A stretch of DNA of 54,758 nt, counting the filler, from Sluysia triapertura (taxonomy: Eukaryota): NCBI GenBank assembly GCA_046118255.1. It is 4 parts of 4 records of this genome, joined end to end, with 100 filler letters (N's around TTAATTAATTAA, not from the genome) between each part and the next. Parts side by side here need not be neighbours in the genome. Positions count along the whole stretch, not along the records: positions 12,449 to 29,298 come from JBJNIA010197041.1; 3 more parts are not named here. One strand, given 5' to 3'. The translations under genes and the position numbers were made by a program. The first letter of the stretch is position 1. Each line of letters starts with the position of its first letter. Below are positions 12,449 through 24,689 of this stretch, piece by piece. The notes under the pieces were generated by a model, which made no database searches, was not told where the DNA came from, and worked only from the letters and a program-made list of their open reading frames with translations.

Positions 12449-14629
12449 TACTATATATTATATAGTGTATATATATAGTATATATATTGCATCTTAGTAC
12501 ATTAATTTATTTTATTACCTTAATAAATGTTATTTGGATTTGTAAACATGAATACCGGTAGTAGCAGAAGGGATGTTAATGTAAATTCAGTTAAACGTCA
12601 ACGTACTATATCAGATGAAGGCCGTGAATTTAATGATGAATGGACGAGAAAGTATTTATTCATACAGTTCAACAAGAAGCCTCTGTGTTTAGTTTGCAGA
12701 GGTAACATAGCAGTTTTGAAGGAATACAACTTAAAGAGGCATTACGAAACAAAACATGAGGCTGATTATTCAAAATATGAGGACAAACTGCGCGATGATA
12801 AAATTCAAGAATTGAAATTAATGTTAACCAAGCAGCAAACTCTTTTCTACAAAGTCAATAAAGAATCGGAAGCAGCAGTAAGGGCTAGTTATGTAATCGC
12901 CGAAGAGATTGCCAAGAAAAAAAACCGTTCGTTGATGGTGAATTTATAAAACATTGTATGATGCGTGCCGCTGAAATTGTGTGTCCAGATAAGAAGCAGT
13001 GTTTTTCTAATATTAGCTTGTCGCGTAATACTGTTGCTGAACGAATTACAGAATTATCTGACAATATACGCTTGCAGTTAACTGAGAAGGCAAAGAGTTT
13101 CATCGCATATTCTTTTGCTGTCGATGAAAGTACAGACATGACTGACATTTCACAAGTGGCTGTATTTATTAGAGGAGTCGATAAGGATCTAAATATAACA
13201 GAAGAGTTGGCGGCATTATTACCGTTGAGTGGAACAACAAAAGGAAGAGATGTTATGACGGAAATTGAAAAACTTATGGCAACATTTGAACTGGATTATC
13301 ATCGAATGAAAGGTCTGACAACTGACGGTGCACCGGCGATGTGTAGTAGAAATGTTGGCCTTCAAGGACTTATACAGAAAACTCGTTCCGAGAAAGGAAT
13401 TGAAGGATTCTTTCTTCATTCTCATTGCATTATACACCAGGAAGCTCTCTGTGGGCATGTAGTGCAGCTTGATCATGTAATGAAGGTGGTTGTAAAAATC
13501 ATAAATTACATTCGCGCGCATGCACTTAATCATCGCCAGTTCAAACAATTTTTGGATGACATTGATGCTGAGTGTGGTGATGTGCTGTATTATTCTGAAG
13601 TTCGATGGCTAAGTAGAGGAAACGTTCTCAAACGATTCTTTGAAATACGACAGGAAATTGCAATGTTTATGGCTCACAAAGGCAATGAAATTGCAGAAAT
13701 TTCTGATCCAGCTTGGATAGCAGATCTAGCATTTCTTGTTGACATCACTTATGAATTGAATTTACTGAATGTAAAGCTGCAGGGTCGAGACCAGTTGATC
13801 ACAAATATGTTTGACCACGTACGAGGGTTTGAAACGAAACTGCTGCTGTGGGAGCGACAGGTCAGAAATGGCAATTACTACCATTTCCCGTGCTGCAAAT
13901 CTATTAAAGACACCAACGCAAATGCTGTTATGAATGATGAACTGTATGCTACTAAAATTAAGCTGCTGCATTCAGAATTTCAGCGACGTTTCTCTGACTT
14001 TCGGTCAAATGATTATGTATTCAAATTGTTCTCTGTTCCGTTTTCAGTAAGCATTGATGAAGCACCAGCTGAAATGCAAATGGAACTGATCGACCTGCAA
14101 TGCAACGAAGAATTAAAAACGAAATACAGGCAAGTGTCACTGCAGGAATTTTATAAGTCTCTGCAACCAGATTCCTTTCCAGTTTTGCATAGTCATGCTG
14201 CTACAATGTTATGTCTTTTCGGATCATGTTACCTTTGTGAGCAGGCTTTCTCAGCAATGAAGACAACAAAATCAAAATTAAGATCACGACTTACTTCTGA
14301 ACATTTGGATGCTACTATGAGAGTGGCCTTGTCGCAACAAATTCAGCCAAATATATCCATGATTGTGGCAAGCAAGCAGTGTCAGAAGTCTCACAAACTC
14401 AAATAGTACTAGAAACGTGTGATTTAACACAACAGTGAATAAAAGCATAACCAGCTAGTGTTATTTTAGTATTGTAGCATGGTTTTGTAGGAAGAAATAA
14501 ATATTTGCTGTTGTAGTTGTACATCTTTTTCTCAGTTTGATAAATTTACTTGACTTTTGCCATAGCGGCCCTCCGTTAGATTTCCGTTGTATCAAGTGGC
14601 CCGTAAAGCAAAAAGGTTTGACACCACTG
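12449..14629 (+). mobile_element. Near-intact hAT DNA transposon, Buster group (GTF2IRD2/EPM2AIP1/SPIN-like transposase); 5' end lost at the scaffold edge
   Basis: 3' TIR AAAAGGTTTGACACCACTG ends at 14629, with subterminal GCGGCCC/GTGGCCC motifs. The following 8-mer CTATAGTC has the central TA typical of Buster target sites. Confidence 0.93.
12527..14406 (+). CDS. hAT transposase split by one frameshift in an A8 run (about 12917-12924)
   Basis: BED-like CLVC...LKRHYETKH; catalytic AVDEST, TTDGAPAM and YLCEQAFS; CIIH; VRWLS; C-terminal KSKLRSRL dimerisation motif. Adding one A restores KKKKPFVDGEFIKHCMMRAAE. Confidence 0.92.
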
Positions 14630-15349
14630 CTATAGTCTAAATAACATTCAATAACAAAAATTCAATTTTTTTTATTCTGATTCCTCACTAAATTTTGTTT
14701 ATTCTAATTTCTTTATAACAGCATAATTTTAATCCAATTGACTTTAGTGGTTCAATTAACAAGATTCTACAAAAAAATAAAATTGTTAATACAAATTTAT
14801 AGAATTTATTATCAAGATGTTGAAAGCAATATCCAGAAAGTTTAAAATAGCAATGATGCTAAAATATTTCAAAAATAAATTGGCTAGATGGTCTCCCACA
14901 AAATTATCTTACAATTAGCTAAAAATGGAATTATTAACTTACAGTATTTTGAAAACAAATCCTTCCAAAAAACGAATTTATGAATATCTTAGAATATTTT
15001 AGAAACTTCATTTTGTTTATTTTTTAATTTTCTTTTCTTTTTAATATACATTTTTTAGTGTATAATGTGAATGTTATTAGCATGGTCTATATGCATATTG
15101 CAAACAATGTGGGATTTTATCTACATGATGTGGTTTTCCGATAAATATCGAAGACCAAGTAGATATCGAACTTATGACGTAAAAACATTTTCTTCGAATT
15201 AAATTTTAATTCCCAATACTCATAATTTTGTAATTGATATTTTTGTTACTTTCCATTATTAATTGCTGCATATAAGTTTCTATATTCCTCATCTTCCTCA
15301 ATATTTATTGACTTAACTGTACCGATTGAAGTTAGAATTGTTAGTATTA

Positions 15350-17500
15350 ATAATGATGTTCAGAATGTTTTTTAGCCCTGTAGTTACTTTTACCAGAGTA
15401 AGTGAACATTACGGTCTCAACAGAACCAATTCCTGATAACGATGATTCTGAAAATCCAATTGTTACTGATATTATTGATTCAGTGGATGACTCTTTCCAT
15501 AGTAAATCATATAATCGACCAGGTGGCGGTTCAGGTGTTAGAATATGGATCGGAGTAATATAATTATGAAAGATGGAACAACAACCTGCGGCCTTAATAA
15601 TGGTGCACCGCATGGAAATTTTATAAGACCGTATAACTATATCATCAAATTTGTCGAGTATATCTAAACCAATTATTAAATCGAAAGGGGATTCTCCCCA
15701 GACTTAAATATATTCATTTACTTGTTTGTCTAATATATCTAAATGCGCATGTATTATTTCGTTCATATTTATTGGTGTTCGTTGAACATTATAAATTATC
15801 GTTTGTGGTGGATCTATAAGTACAACTTCCCATGTAGTTAAAAAATCATAATGTATTACAGTCGTGGTAGCTTCTGTGTCTTTTATGGTTCGGATCCATC
15901 TACCATTAAATCGTACATTTTGAAAGATGTGTTCGTATGCCGGTTGATACGTTAAAGATCATTGTTACTTGTTTATCAACTAATGATTGTATAGTTGGTG
16001 GTTTATCACGGTCTTTAATTTTCAGTTTAGCCTTTATTAATGTTTTAGTAACTGTTCTATTTCTTAACCTATATTCATTGTTTGGTGCTATTTTACACCT
16101 GTTTACTTGAACTACAAATGTTTCTGAATCTGAATTAGTGGTATCTTTTACAAATAAATTAGTATCAGTAATTTTTATTACTTCGTATGGTCATTTGAAT
16201 GGTTTATATAGTTTTGGCGATTGTCCAGGTTTTGCCAGTATGGATATTTGATAGGTACTTTGTCACAGATTTGAAAGTTGTGTTTTTTAAGCTTTTTTAT
16301 CATAAGTATCTTTGTGTGCTTCTTGTGAACACTTTATTTGCAATCCAGCACGCTTCCATGCATCCTGTAATCTTTCGTACATTACTCTCATATACTCTGG
16401 TGTTTCTATGTATTGTGACATTGGTGGTATCCATTCTAAATCTACAGTCATATTAGAGTGCCGTCTGTACATCAAGTAAAAAGGTGTGAAATTCGTAGCT
16501 GGGTGTACAGAACTTCTATAAGCAAATAAACATGGTGCAATGTATAAATCCCAGTCGGATTGTCTGTCATTAATATAGGATTGTAACATATTTATCAGTG
16601 TCCGATTAAATCATTCGACTAATCTATCCGGCTGTGGATGATACGGTGAAGTATAAATTCTAAGGATGTTAAATATTTTTGCTACTGATTTAATTACATC
16701 ACTGGTAAAGTTTGTTCCTTGATCACCCAATAATTTCCTTGGTTTACCATACCTATACATTATTTTTTCTACAAGTATTTGTGCTACTGTTTCGCATTTT
16801 TGATTTGGCATTGGATATGCCTCAGGTTATTTAGTCAAATAATCAGGCCATTAATAGTTTTCGGAAATGGACCATTATGTCCATTGCTGTGAACTCCATT
16901 GGTGATAATGGTACAGGCATAGGTTTTAATGGTACTTTTGTCCCGCATTTTTTCTGGAACAATTTTTACACCAATTTGTGATATCATCTTCCATATCTTC
17001 CCAATAATATTTATCTTTTATTCTAGATAGTGTTTTTCTTTAGAGAGATGACCGCCTAATTGTCCGTCGTAAAATTGTATTAATATTGGTCTTACTAGTG
17101 ATTTATGGACATCTTTCGAATTTCTAAATCTGAGTATTCCGTCAGTAATAGCTAATCTTTTCGCTTTAATTTCAGTTAACGTTCCCTTTGCTAACGAATC
17201 TATAATGTACGGGGTATCCTTATTTTCTCTTTGGTGTTTAATGATTTCTTTGGTATCTTGTACTTTTCCTGTATATTATTTGTATAAAATTAATATTTCC
17301 TTTATCATCTACATTAGTTAAGCGTGACAGAGTGTCCGCACCATTGTTTTGAGAACCTGGTTTATAGATGACTTCTAAATTAAATTCTGCTAATTTATTA
17401 AACCATCTGTTTAATCGGCTGACCTCATCTCTATGATTATACAGATATGTCAGCGGTTTATGGTCGGTGTATAAATAAATTTTCTGTCCCAATATCAATA
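15350..17500 (-). mobile_element. Decayed Ty3/Gypsy pol fragment: RNase H, integrase (HHCC, DDE, GPY/F), then a retropepsin-like domain
   Basis: LYTDHKPL...RLNRW..KLAEFNLEVIYKPG..N.GADTLSR (RNase H); GGH..K...YYW.DM..DI..WCKNC; GDQGTNF and TSPYHPQ...VE (rve core); WDLYI...LFAYRSSVHPATNFTPFYLMY; FK*PYEV. Many stops and frameshifts; RT and LTRs not seen. Confidence 0.92.
15640..15945 (-). pseudogene. Retropepsin-like aspartic protease domain located 3' of the integrase
   Basis: IFQNVRFNGRWIRTIKDTEATTTVIH (DTGA-like) ... PFDLIIGLDILDKF (ILGxD motif); one internal stop. Confidence 0.7.
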
Positions 17501-19452
17501 ATTTTTTATATATATTAAAATTAAATTATTAAATATTTTGGAATGATTCCATCAAAATATTTGTTGTTGTGTTGCTATTTAAATATTATTTTTAATAATT
17601 TGGCAATTTTTATTTTAGCATTTAATATATGTAATTTTAGGGAATTCTCCTTTAATTTTTGTATTAATTAGTTAAGTAAATTTTGTAGGAATTTTTCTTT
17701 GATTTAGCATTGATAAATTAAGTTTTTATTTATTCGTTGAATAATAATATATGTAAAATATTTAGATCAAAATAAAAAGAAAGACAGATATGAAAGAACC
17801 CTCCACTGCATCTTTCTCGCAAAAATATAAAAATACATTTATTAATTTATTTATATAAAATTGTTTGGTTTCACAATTTTGTGTTAATTATCTGTACATG
17901 AAAAAATAACGTGAGCTAAATTATAATGTTGAAATTCATCAGTATTATTAGTCGACGCAGATTATGTATAAATTATTTATTTATTAAATTCATGTAAATA
18001 AATAATTTTATGTATATTGAAATATTCAAACATTAATGCTCATTAAGATACCAAATGGAACAGATTATTGAAATCGACGTTTAATGTACTGTTAATGCAT
18101 GCCTATTATGTTAAATTCTTATGTTTGAGAGATATTATTTGATCCTAATAATTTGCCATAAATGTCAGTTATTTTTTAGTTTGTATACTTTTAATTAAGT
18201 ACCTAGAAAAATGGTTCCCAAGGTGCCAAAACTATTAAATCATTGAGCTCGCTTTACTCAGTAACATCTGTAATGCATGTTTGGCTGCTCACTAAAGAAC
18301 CAAAAGTTTTATGGTTCAGAAAACAAAATTATTTAAAACCATTCAGTACTAAACATTCACATAATCAAAACTATTAGATACAAATCAATTGCAATTTGAA
18401 ACATTTCACATTCTTGCAACTTTTCACTTTCAATATTAAATAGCTTTCAATACATTTAATATCATGTACACTTCTGTAATCTATAATAAAACTCCAACAA
18501 TCACATCTTTAGAAAATTCTGCACCTTGACATAACATATTAAATTAATTCTTGAAGATAAGGTATTGCGACACATCCAACATATTCAAAAATAGAAAGAA
18601 CTTTGTTTCCATCTTAAATATCCTTTTGTCTTTTTTAATAACTTTTATGATAATAATGAGTGCATTAGTTATTTCTTCATAATAAATGTAGAATTATTAA
18701 TTTGTAGAGGAAAAGTCTTATTTGCCTTTATAATTTTTTACTTATTTTGTGGACAGATCACTCTTCTTTTCAGTTAAGCCATAAAATTTTTGCCTTAATT
18801 ATAAGTAATAACAAAAGTAAGGTTATTGTAAAATTATTCATGGATAAAATGAAATTGGTTATAGGAATTGAAATAAATTCTTACCTTGTTCGATTAAACG
18901 GTATTACGGTTGAATATGCTTTGGCCATTCTTAAAAGCAATTCAATTTTTTAATGTATTGTGGTAGCCGAGCCCACACCTATCTACATATCACATAAATC
19001 ATCTACACAAACCTCAACACAAAAATTACACCATAACAAATTTTACACATATCAGTCACAACATTAGAACACTCATCATTGTAAAATCACAAATGTCTAG
19101 TAAAATTTCTTTTATTAACATTGTTAAAATATTAAACTCAGTGTTTAGTACCATTTTTATTATTATGACGCACTATCTTTTTTCTAGTGTCTCCCGATCT
19201 TTTTTGTGATTTAGTGCTTGGGTGCATATTAGAGAAGTATTAATCGCTTTTAACTTTATATTAATGCATTTATGGTCTTATTTTGTTTAAAGGCATAAAA
19301 ATTTGCATAAAAATGAAGCAACACCTCAAAACAGAAGCATTACAGTCAAAAACAAAATGTTAAATATAAATAGTTTAATGTTTACGCATAAATGTAGATT
19401 TTATATTTCATTGCATGATTGTCAGTTGGTAGATTCGTTTAATTTTAATTCT

Positions 19453-19720
19453 ATGCAGAATAAAGAAAAAGTTAAACCGAAAGATGATGTTGAAGACGAT
19501 GATGCTCGGGGAATAGATTTTATTAAAAACATCTAAGCGAATTTTTCATCTTTAAAACCTTTATAAGTCATATATCCTGAAAAGGAAGAAAAAGAATGCA
19601 TGGTTAACTACAACTTGGTTACGCCACCAACTCCATATGACCTCTGTCCACTTTTTGAACCAGGAGTTCTAGCATTAAATTATTTCCGTACATTTATAAA
19701 TTTTTGTATAAAAGGCTTAT
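19453..19720 (+). pseudogene. Unidentified decayed coding fragment
   Basis: Single frame MQNKEKVKPKDDVEDDDARGIDFIKNI*ANFSSLKPL*VIYPEKEEKECMVNYNLVTPPTPYDLCPLFEPGVLALNYFRTF with two in-frame TAA. Confidence 0.35.
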
Positions 19721-20048
19721 AAATGTATGTCTAAGGCATTCAAAAAAATTGGTCTGCTATGCTTTATCTATATCGAAGTTAAAACTAATTAATTCAACAA
19801 ATACGATTGAATAATTCGTGAATGCTTATTTTATTTCAATATTACACTATTGTAGTTCAGGCTGTTCAACAATCTTGAATTTACATCATTTCTAAGAAAT
19901 AGAAGCAAAATTGAACATCCAGAAAATGTAAATATAAATTATATACATACGCAATCTTGCATTCTCTGACCAAAAATTAAGCAATATTTAATTGTTAAAT
20001 ATGCTTAAAAATTAGCAAAAAAGAAATAAATCCAAAACATATATTGGC

Positions 20049-20615
20049 TTAAAAAGCGGTATTAGGTCTTCTTGTTGTAAATGTTGGTGCAGTTCTACTT
20101 CTTACAATAACTCTCTTGAGTGGGAATTTCAATTTACTATCATGCATTGCTTTAACATGGTCTCTTCTGCATTTATTGGCAGCAACTTTAACAACATCAA
20201 TTACGTGAATGGTTGTTGACCTTGCTCTATGACGAGCAGCCATTTCACTATACAACTGCGTTACTGCACCTGCAGCAGTCGTATCGCGATATTCTTTATA
20301 CATATTGTGAATTCCACTACGACTGTAATATTTAATCCAAATTCCGTAATTGTTTACATTATTTGGTTTAGTTTCATGCACTTCTTCACATGAAATTATT
20401 TCACCACTTCCTTTTTTCATTTTTTTCAATTGGCGGATAAAATACCAATATCTGCTTTTAGCAGTAACATAATCCGGAGCAAAAATTCTCATTCTATATG
20501 GTGTTGGATTAGGATCTTTTTCACTTGGTAACTTTCGGCCAGTTACCAAATATTCTTTTAACTATAAAACATCATCTATAAAACATTATTAACTTACCAA
20601 ACCACTTGCTTTCAT
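20049..20615 (-). CDS. RPL18A: 60S ribosomal protein L18a (eL20); exons 20615-20598 and 20561-20049, 176 aa
   Basis: MKASGL|[12 protein letters not shown]...MRIFAPD...AKSRYWYF...[14 protein letters not shown]...MAARHRAR...RPNTAF*; 36-nt intron GTAAGT...TTTTATAG (20597-20562). Confidence 0.97.
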
Positions 20616-21239
20616 TTTTGAAAAATTTCTATTTTTATAATTTTTAATATTAAAACAAAAAATAAGAAGTTGGAAATTGTATAAAAACACTTAGTACTAC
20701 CTAATTTATTATAAATACGAATAATTTTAGTTATTTAAATTTTGACATAATTCCAAAAATATTAAAATTTTAATAAAAATGAATTAAATAAATTTTTATT
20801 TTAAATATAAGTTTATAAGTTTACACTTTATGCATCACTGTTTCATTACTTCACATTGTTTAATAATTTTAAATATATATTTATACAATTATTTCATAAT
20901 TATAATTGCATGCATTTTCAGGGTTAAAATTAATATGATCTAATCTAAAGTTTTGTTACTTGCATATTAAAAGTTACAAAACATATTACAAGATATTTGA
21001 TGAACTTACTTTTCTGAGGATTCATGACGAAATAAATATTTGAAGTAAAATCATCATAAATAGAACTAAATTTTATTAAAATATTAAGAAGTAATAATAA
21101 AATCAAATGGAACGTATTTTCAAACTTTCCCAAAGAGTATTATGCAATTAAACTCATATTAAATTTCACATATTTTGGTAAATTACCTTTTTTGCCTCTA
21201 ATATCATTTGTTCTGATAAATAAATACCTTACTAATTCG

Positions 21240-21680
21240 TCTCTATAATTTCCTTACCGAACCGTATATGATTCCTTTGGATATAAATATTAATTCATCT
21301 TCTTTATTAGCCATTAAAATTGTTGGTGTTTCTGCTTCATTTAATCTTTCTCTTTGCACAGATTCTGTATTTTCTTTATTGATCTGTTTTCTATTTAATT
21401 CTTCCACAGGAAATTCGTTGCCTTTCTGATATAAAAATCCAGATACAAAATTGAACTTTACTTGTTTCAAAAATATCAAGATATGGGTGTAGAGTTGTTT
21501 TTTAGGATATTACATTTAAGTTTTAAAGTTTTAATAAATAATTTATTTAAGTTTAATACAACTCTTTCTTTACAACATGATAATCTATTGTTATAGCGTA
21601 TGTGCTTAAGGCACTTGAAATATTTTGTATTAGAACTTTGAGGACGACAATTATAATAAAAAGACACAAAGATTTTATTA
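21240..21680 (-). mobile_element. Possible decayed LTR-element gag/protease junction
   Basis: Degenerate knuckle-like KYFKCLKH and DELIFISKGIIYG (resembles a retropepsin N-terminus); no intact motif. Confidence 0.25.
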
Positions 21681-22079
21681 ATGTAACATTTTAGTAAATC
21701 TGCGATCAATTTATTGAAATATAAAATTTTATCAAAATGAAGAACCTTACGTGAACAGTTAAAATGTAAATAGTAATGTCCAAATGATAAGAAGGTAGTT
21801 GGATATTTATCAAATTTAAAAGCACGATATTTTGCAACAGCTTTTCCTTCTTGGCATTCGTCTTCTAGTAGACCTGGATCGACCAATGATACACCAGCTG
21901 CCTGCCCGATTCTGCCACTACTAACAGCTCCACCCGCTATGTAACCTAGTAAGAAAACTTCTACTTCTGCATTACTGATTCGGAGACGGCGGGAGAAAAG
22001 CGCAAGACTAAACGAACTATAAAGTCTGACCGAGCCAACCGACACGTTAATTCGAATACTTCGCAACAGTTCTTGAACT

Positions 22080-22224
22080 TCTAAATCATCTCTACTAACA
22101 ACGCATCTAAAATAAGTTATAAGTTGAACATAATCTTTCATCATTTCATCTAAATCATCTCTACTAACAACGCATCTAAAATAAGTTATAAGTTGAACAT
22201 AATCTTTCATCATTTCATCTAAAT
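22080..22224. repeat. Exact 69-bp tandem duplication (2 copies plus 7-nt TCTAAAT microhomology)
   Basis: Units start at 22080 and 22149; gives the repeated peptide LDEMMKDYVQLITYFRCVVSRDD. Confidence 0.95.
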
Positions 22225-22746
22225 GAATACCACTAGCTTCAAAATCTTTATGCAACAATAACAATACTCTTTTATCTACTTCATGTAATGAAAGCACGTC
22301 TTTTTCAGTTTTAAATACTTGATCGATTAATGAAAACAAGTCTTTATTTGTATTAAAAATTTCAACTATATGAGACATTGACTGGCTGACATTAGCAAAT
22401 CGTTCTCTACTATTTTTATTTGGATGCAATAATCTCATACACTCTGCTAAATCAGCAACTTGGCATATGCAATCAGATATGTCATGTAAAACTTCAACTA
22501 TTCTACGTTGACGAATGGATGACAATGCTTCTTTTAACAAAATATGACAATCACTCTCTGCTTTGTACTTCATCATATCAACCCCTGTAACTTTTTCATT
22601 GACAAATTCTCCATTACCATTCATATAGTCATTTGAATTAAAAGCTGTTAGCAGTGAACTGAAATGTCTTAAACTGATGTTTAAATACCTTGCTTTCGTA
22701 CTGAACACGTCATGAAAATAGAAAAATCGTCTCTAAGAACTAACAT
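22214..22746 (-). pseudogene. MIPEP: 5' fragment of mitochondrial intermediate peptidase (M3 family), intronless and truncated
   Basis: IVEVLHDISDCICQVADLAECMRLLHP...IVEIFNTNKDLF...DKRVLLLLHKDFEASGIHLDE matches the MIPEP N-terminus (DELSDSLCRVADLA..., KLNTN, DFEISGIHLD). ATG 22746 is frameshifted from the transit-peptide-like RRFFYFHDVFSTKARYL. No HEXXH region. Confidence 0.88.
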
Positions 22747-22839
22747 TTTTAAATTTTTAACTGTGTAAGTTATTTTACTGACGATTATTCCACAAAATTT
22801 GAATTGTGGAATATTTAAACAAAAATTGACATTTATAAA

Positions 22840-23100
22840 TACGATAATAATAATAATGATGATAAAAATTAATTAATAAAATTAATTATAAAAATAATAA
22901 AATTAATAATAATAAAATAATAAAGTAATAATAAAAATAATAATAAAAATTTATAAAATAAAATTAATAATAAAGATAATAAAATATAATTACTAAAATA
23001 AATTAATAAGAAATAAAATTAATAAAAATAGTAATAATAATAAAAAATAATAATAAAATAAAATTAATAATAGAATAATAATAAAAATAAAAAATGAAAT
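22840..23100. repeat. A/AAT-rich low-complexity tract separating the NCAPD2 and MIPEP fragments
   Basis: Direct inspection. Confidence 0.85.
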
Positions 23101-23104
23101 ATCT

Positions 23105-23715
23105 ACTGTAGCATTTCGCGTGGATTGATTTTTGCTATGCTCTGGATTTTCTAACAATTTATATCAACAATTGGATAATAGATTTATAAAATCTATCTCC
23201 ACAACTGGAGGTGACCACAATTTTTCTATAGGGGATTTAGTTAACTGACTAAGTCCATTAACAGCATCAGTAACATCACGATGCCAATCAGTATTATTAG
23301 TTGAACCAACTTTCTTTTTGCGTCCTTTTCCTCTATCCATAATAACATTATTATGTTGAATTTCTCCTTCATATAATTCCACAAATTTATAAATTAGGTA
23401 AACATTCATTTTTACACAACAACGATATCTAAATTGTCTTTCATCATTATTTTCTAACCCAACTACTTTAGCAGCCCATTGTTGAATATTTTGTAATAAT
23501 AAATCCCAGATTTTTATTCTTATTTTAGGTTCTACACGAGACCAATGATATAAAACTCCATAAAAATAATCAAAATATTTCATAATACCCTCTGGTCCTA
23601 ATTCTAATAACTTGGAAAAAAACAACATCGACATGTGAGGATATGTCATTGACATCAATTATATTTTTTACAGCATACTGATTACTAGATGTTGATGTAC
23701 AGTAAAAATACAATA
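23105..23715 (-). pseudogene. NCAPD2: 5' fragment of condensin I subunit 1 (Cnd1/CAP-D2), intronless and disabled
   Basis: SSNQYAVKNI...(frameshift in T-run near 23620)...GPEGIMKYFDYFYGVL...KMNVY...GKGRKKK...LWSPPVVEIDFINLLSNC*YKLLENP..KNQSTR matches CAP-D2 (NQYVV, GP..M..HFD..YS.L, EEFVSL..CCY.LLENP). Premature TGA, then truncation. Confidence 0.88.
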
Positions 23716-23774
23716 AAAGGTAGTGCCTTAGTGATGATGAAATGGCAACAAACGTTACATTTAACAAAGTATTA

Positions 23775-23917
23775 CTAAAATGATTTTAATAAGGAGATTT
23801 TATTATACGTTTGTGATTTATCGGAAATGAAGTGTGATTTTTTTTTGTGATGAGTTTTATGTAGTCGATGGTGATAGTGAATGTGATGTATGATATATGT
23901 TGAAGTGTGACACCACA
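23775..23917 (-). repeat. TGTGGTG-terminus repeat, short copy
   Basis: Minus-strand start TGTGGTGTCACAC at 23917, followed by a C/A-rich body. Confidence 0.6.
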
Positions 23918-24689
23918 TCTTATTTCAAATTCTAACAACAAATCGTCAAAATATGAAGTATATTTGACAAAATTACAATCAACATACGATTCTTTTTAAC
24001 TTTACAAGCGGGAAAATGAACTAAATCACAATTTTTAGTTGTTTTGTCCGAATTGCGAGTTTTAATTTAAATGCCTTAAATGCTATCCCACATCTGTGTG
24101 ATAGATTTATTTCGATCTTCAAGTTTTAAATTTAATTCATTTAAATATCGGTTAGAAGAGTTAAATCCTGTATCAAATTTTTATCCTTAAATTGTTCAAC
24201 TGAATGATCTTTCATTTCTAAGAATGTTTTGATTTCACTGAGAAGTTCCCAGAACCGCACCAAAATTTTGTGGCAAGAAAGCCAACATACTTTTGTATAA
24301 TAATTTAAGCCATCATGTTTATTTTCAATTTATGACAGTAAAGATGAAACTGTCGTTGATTCAAACCTCGAGATCGTATAAAATTTATATTTTTTGACAA
24401 ATTGAAGAACGTTTTTCATTTTTATTACTTTGGAACAAAGTATCTCCTCATGGATGATGCAATGAACATGGTGAAATTGGTTATCGGGAGAAATATCGTG
24501 TTGTTCAGCTAATAATTTAGCTATAAATCCATTTTTTCTTCCTGTCATTGTTTTCGCACCATCTGTGGCTACACATACTTAAAAGCTAGTCGACGGATTC
24601 AAAAATGCCTTCATCTGTAGTGGTGTTTTTAAGAGATAAAATTCAAGGAATTATTCAGTCACAGTAAAATCTTTGTCACAAGCACGAAT
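23918..24689 (-). mobile_element. Decayed internal fragment of a second GTF2IRD2-like hAT transposase
   Basis: ATDGAKTMTGRKNGF...HCIIHEEILCSK...(V)CWLSCHKIL.RFWEL...DLVHFPACK...LLLEFEIR; bounded on both sides by TGTGGTG repeat termini. Confidence 0.88.

Noticed and set aside
23160-23170. Stop-codon reassignment (TGA at a conserved Cys in NCAPD2; TAA in rhodanese; TAG in the D/N ORF)
   Set aside because: The NCAPD2 and rhodanese loci also carry frameshifts or truncation, RPL18A ends in TAA at its normal C-terminus, and the intact genes have no internal stops. Ordinary pseudogene decay explains it.
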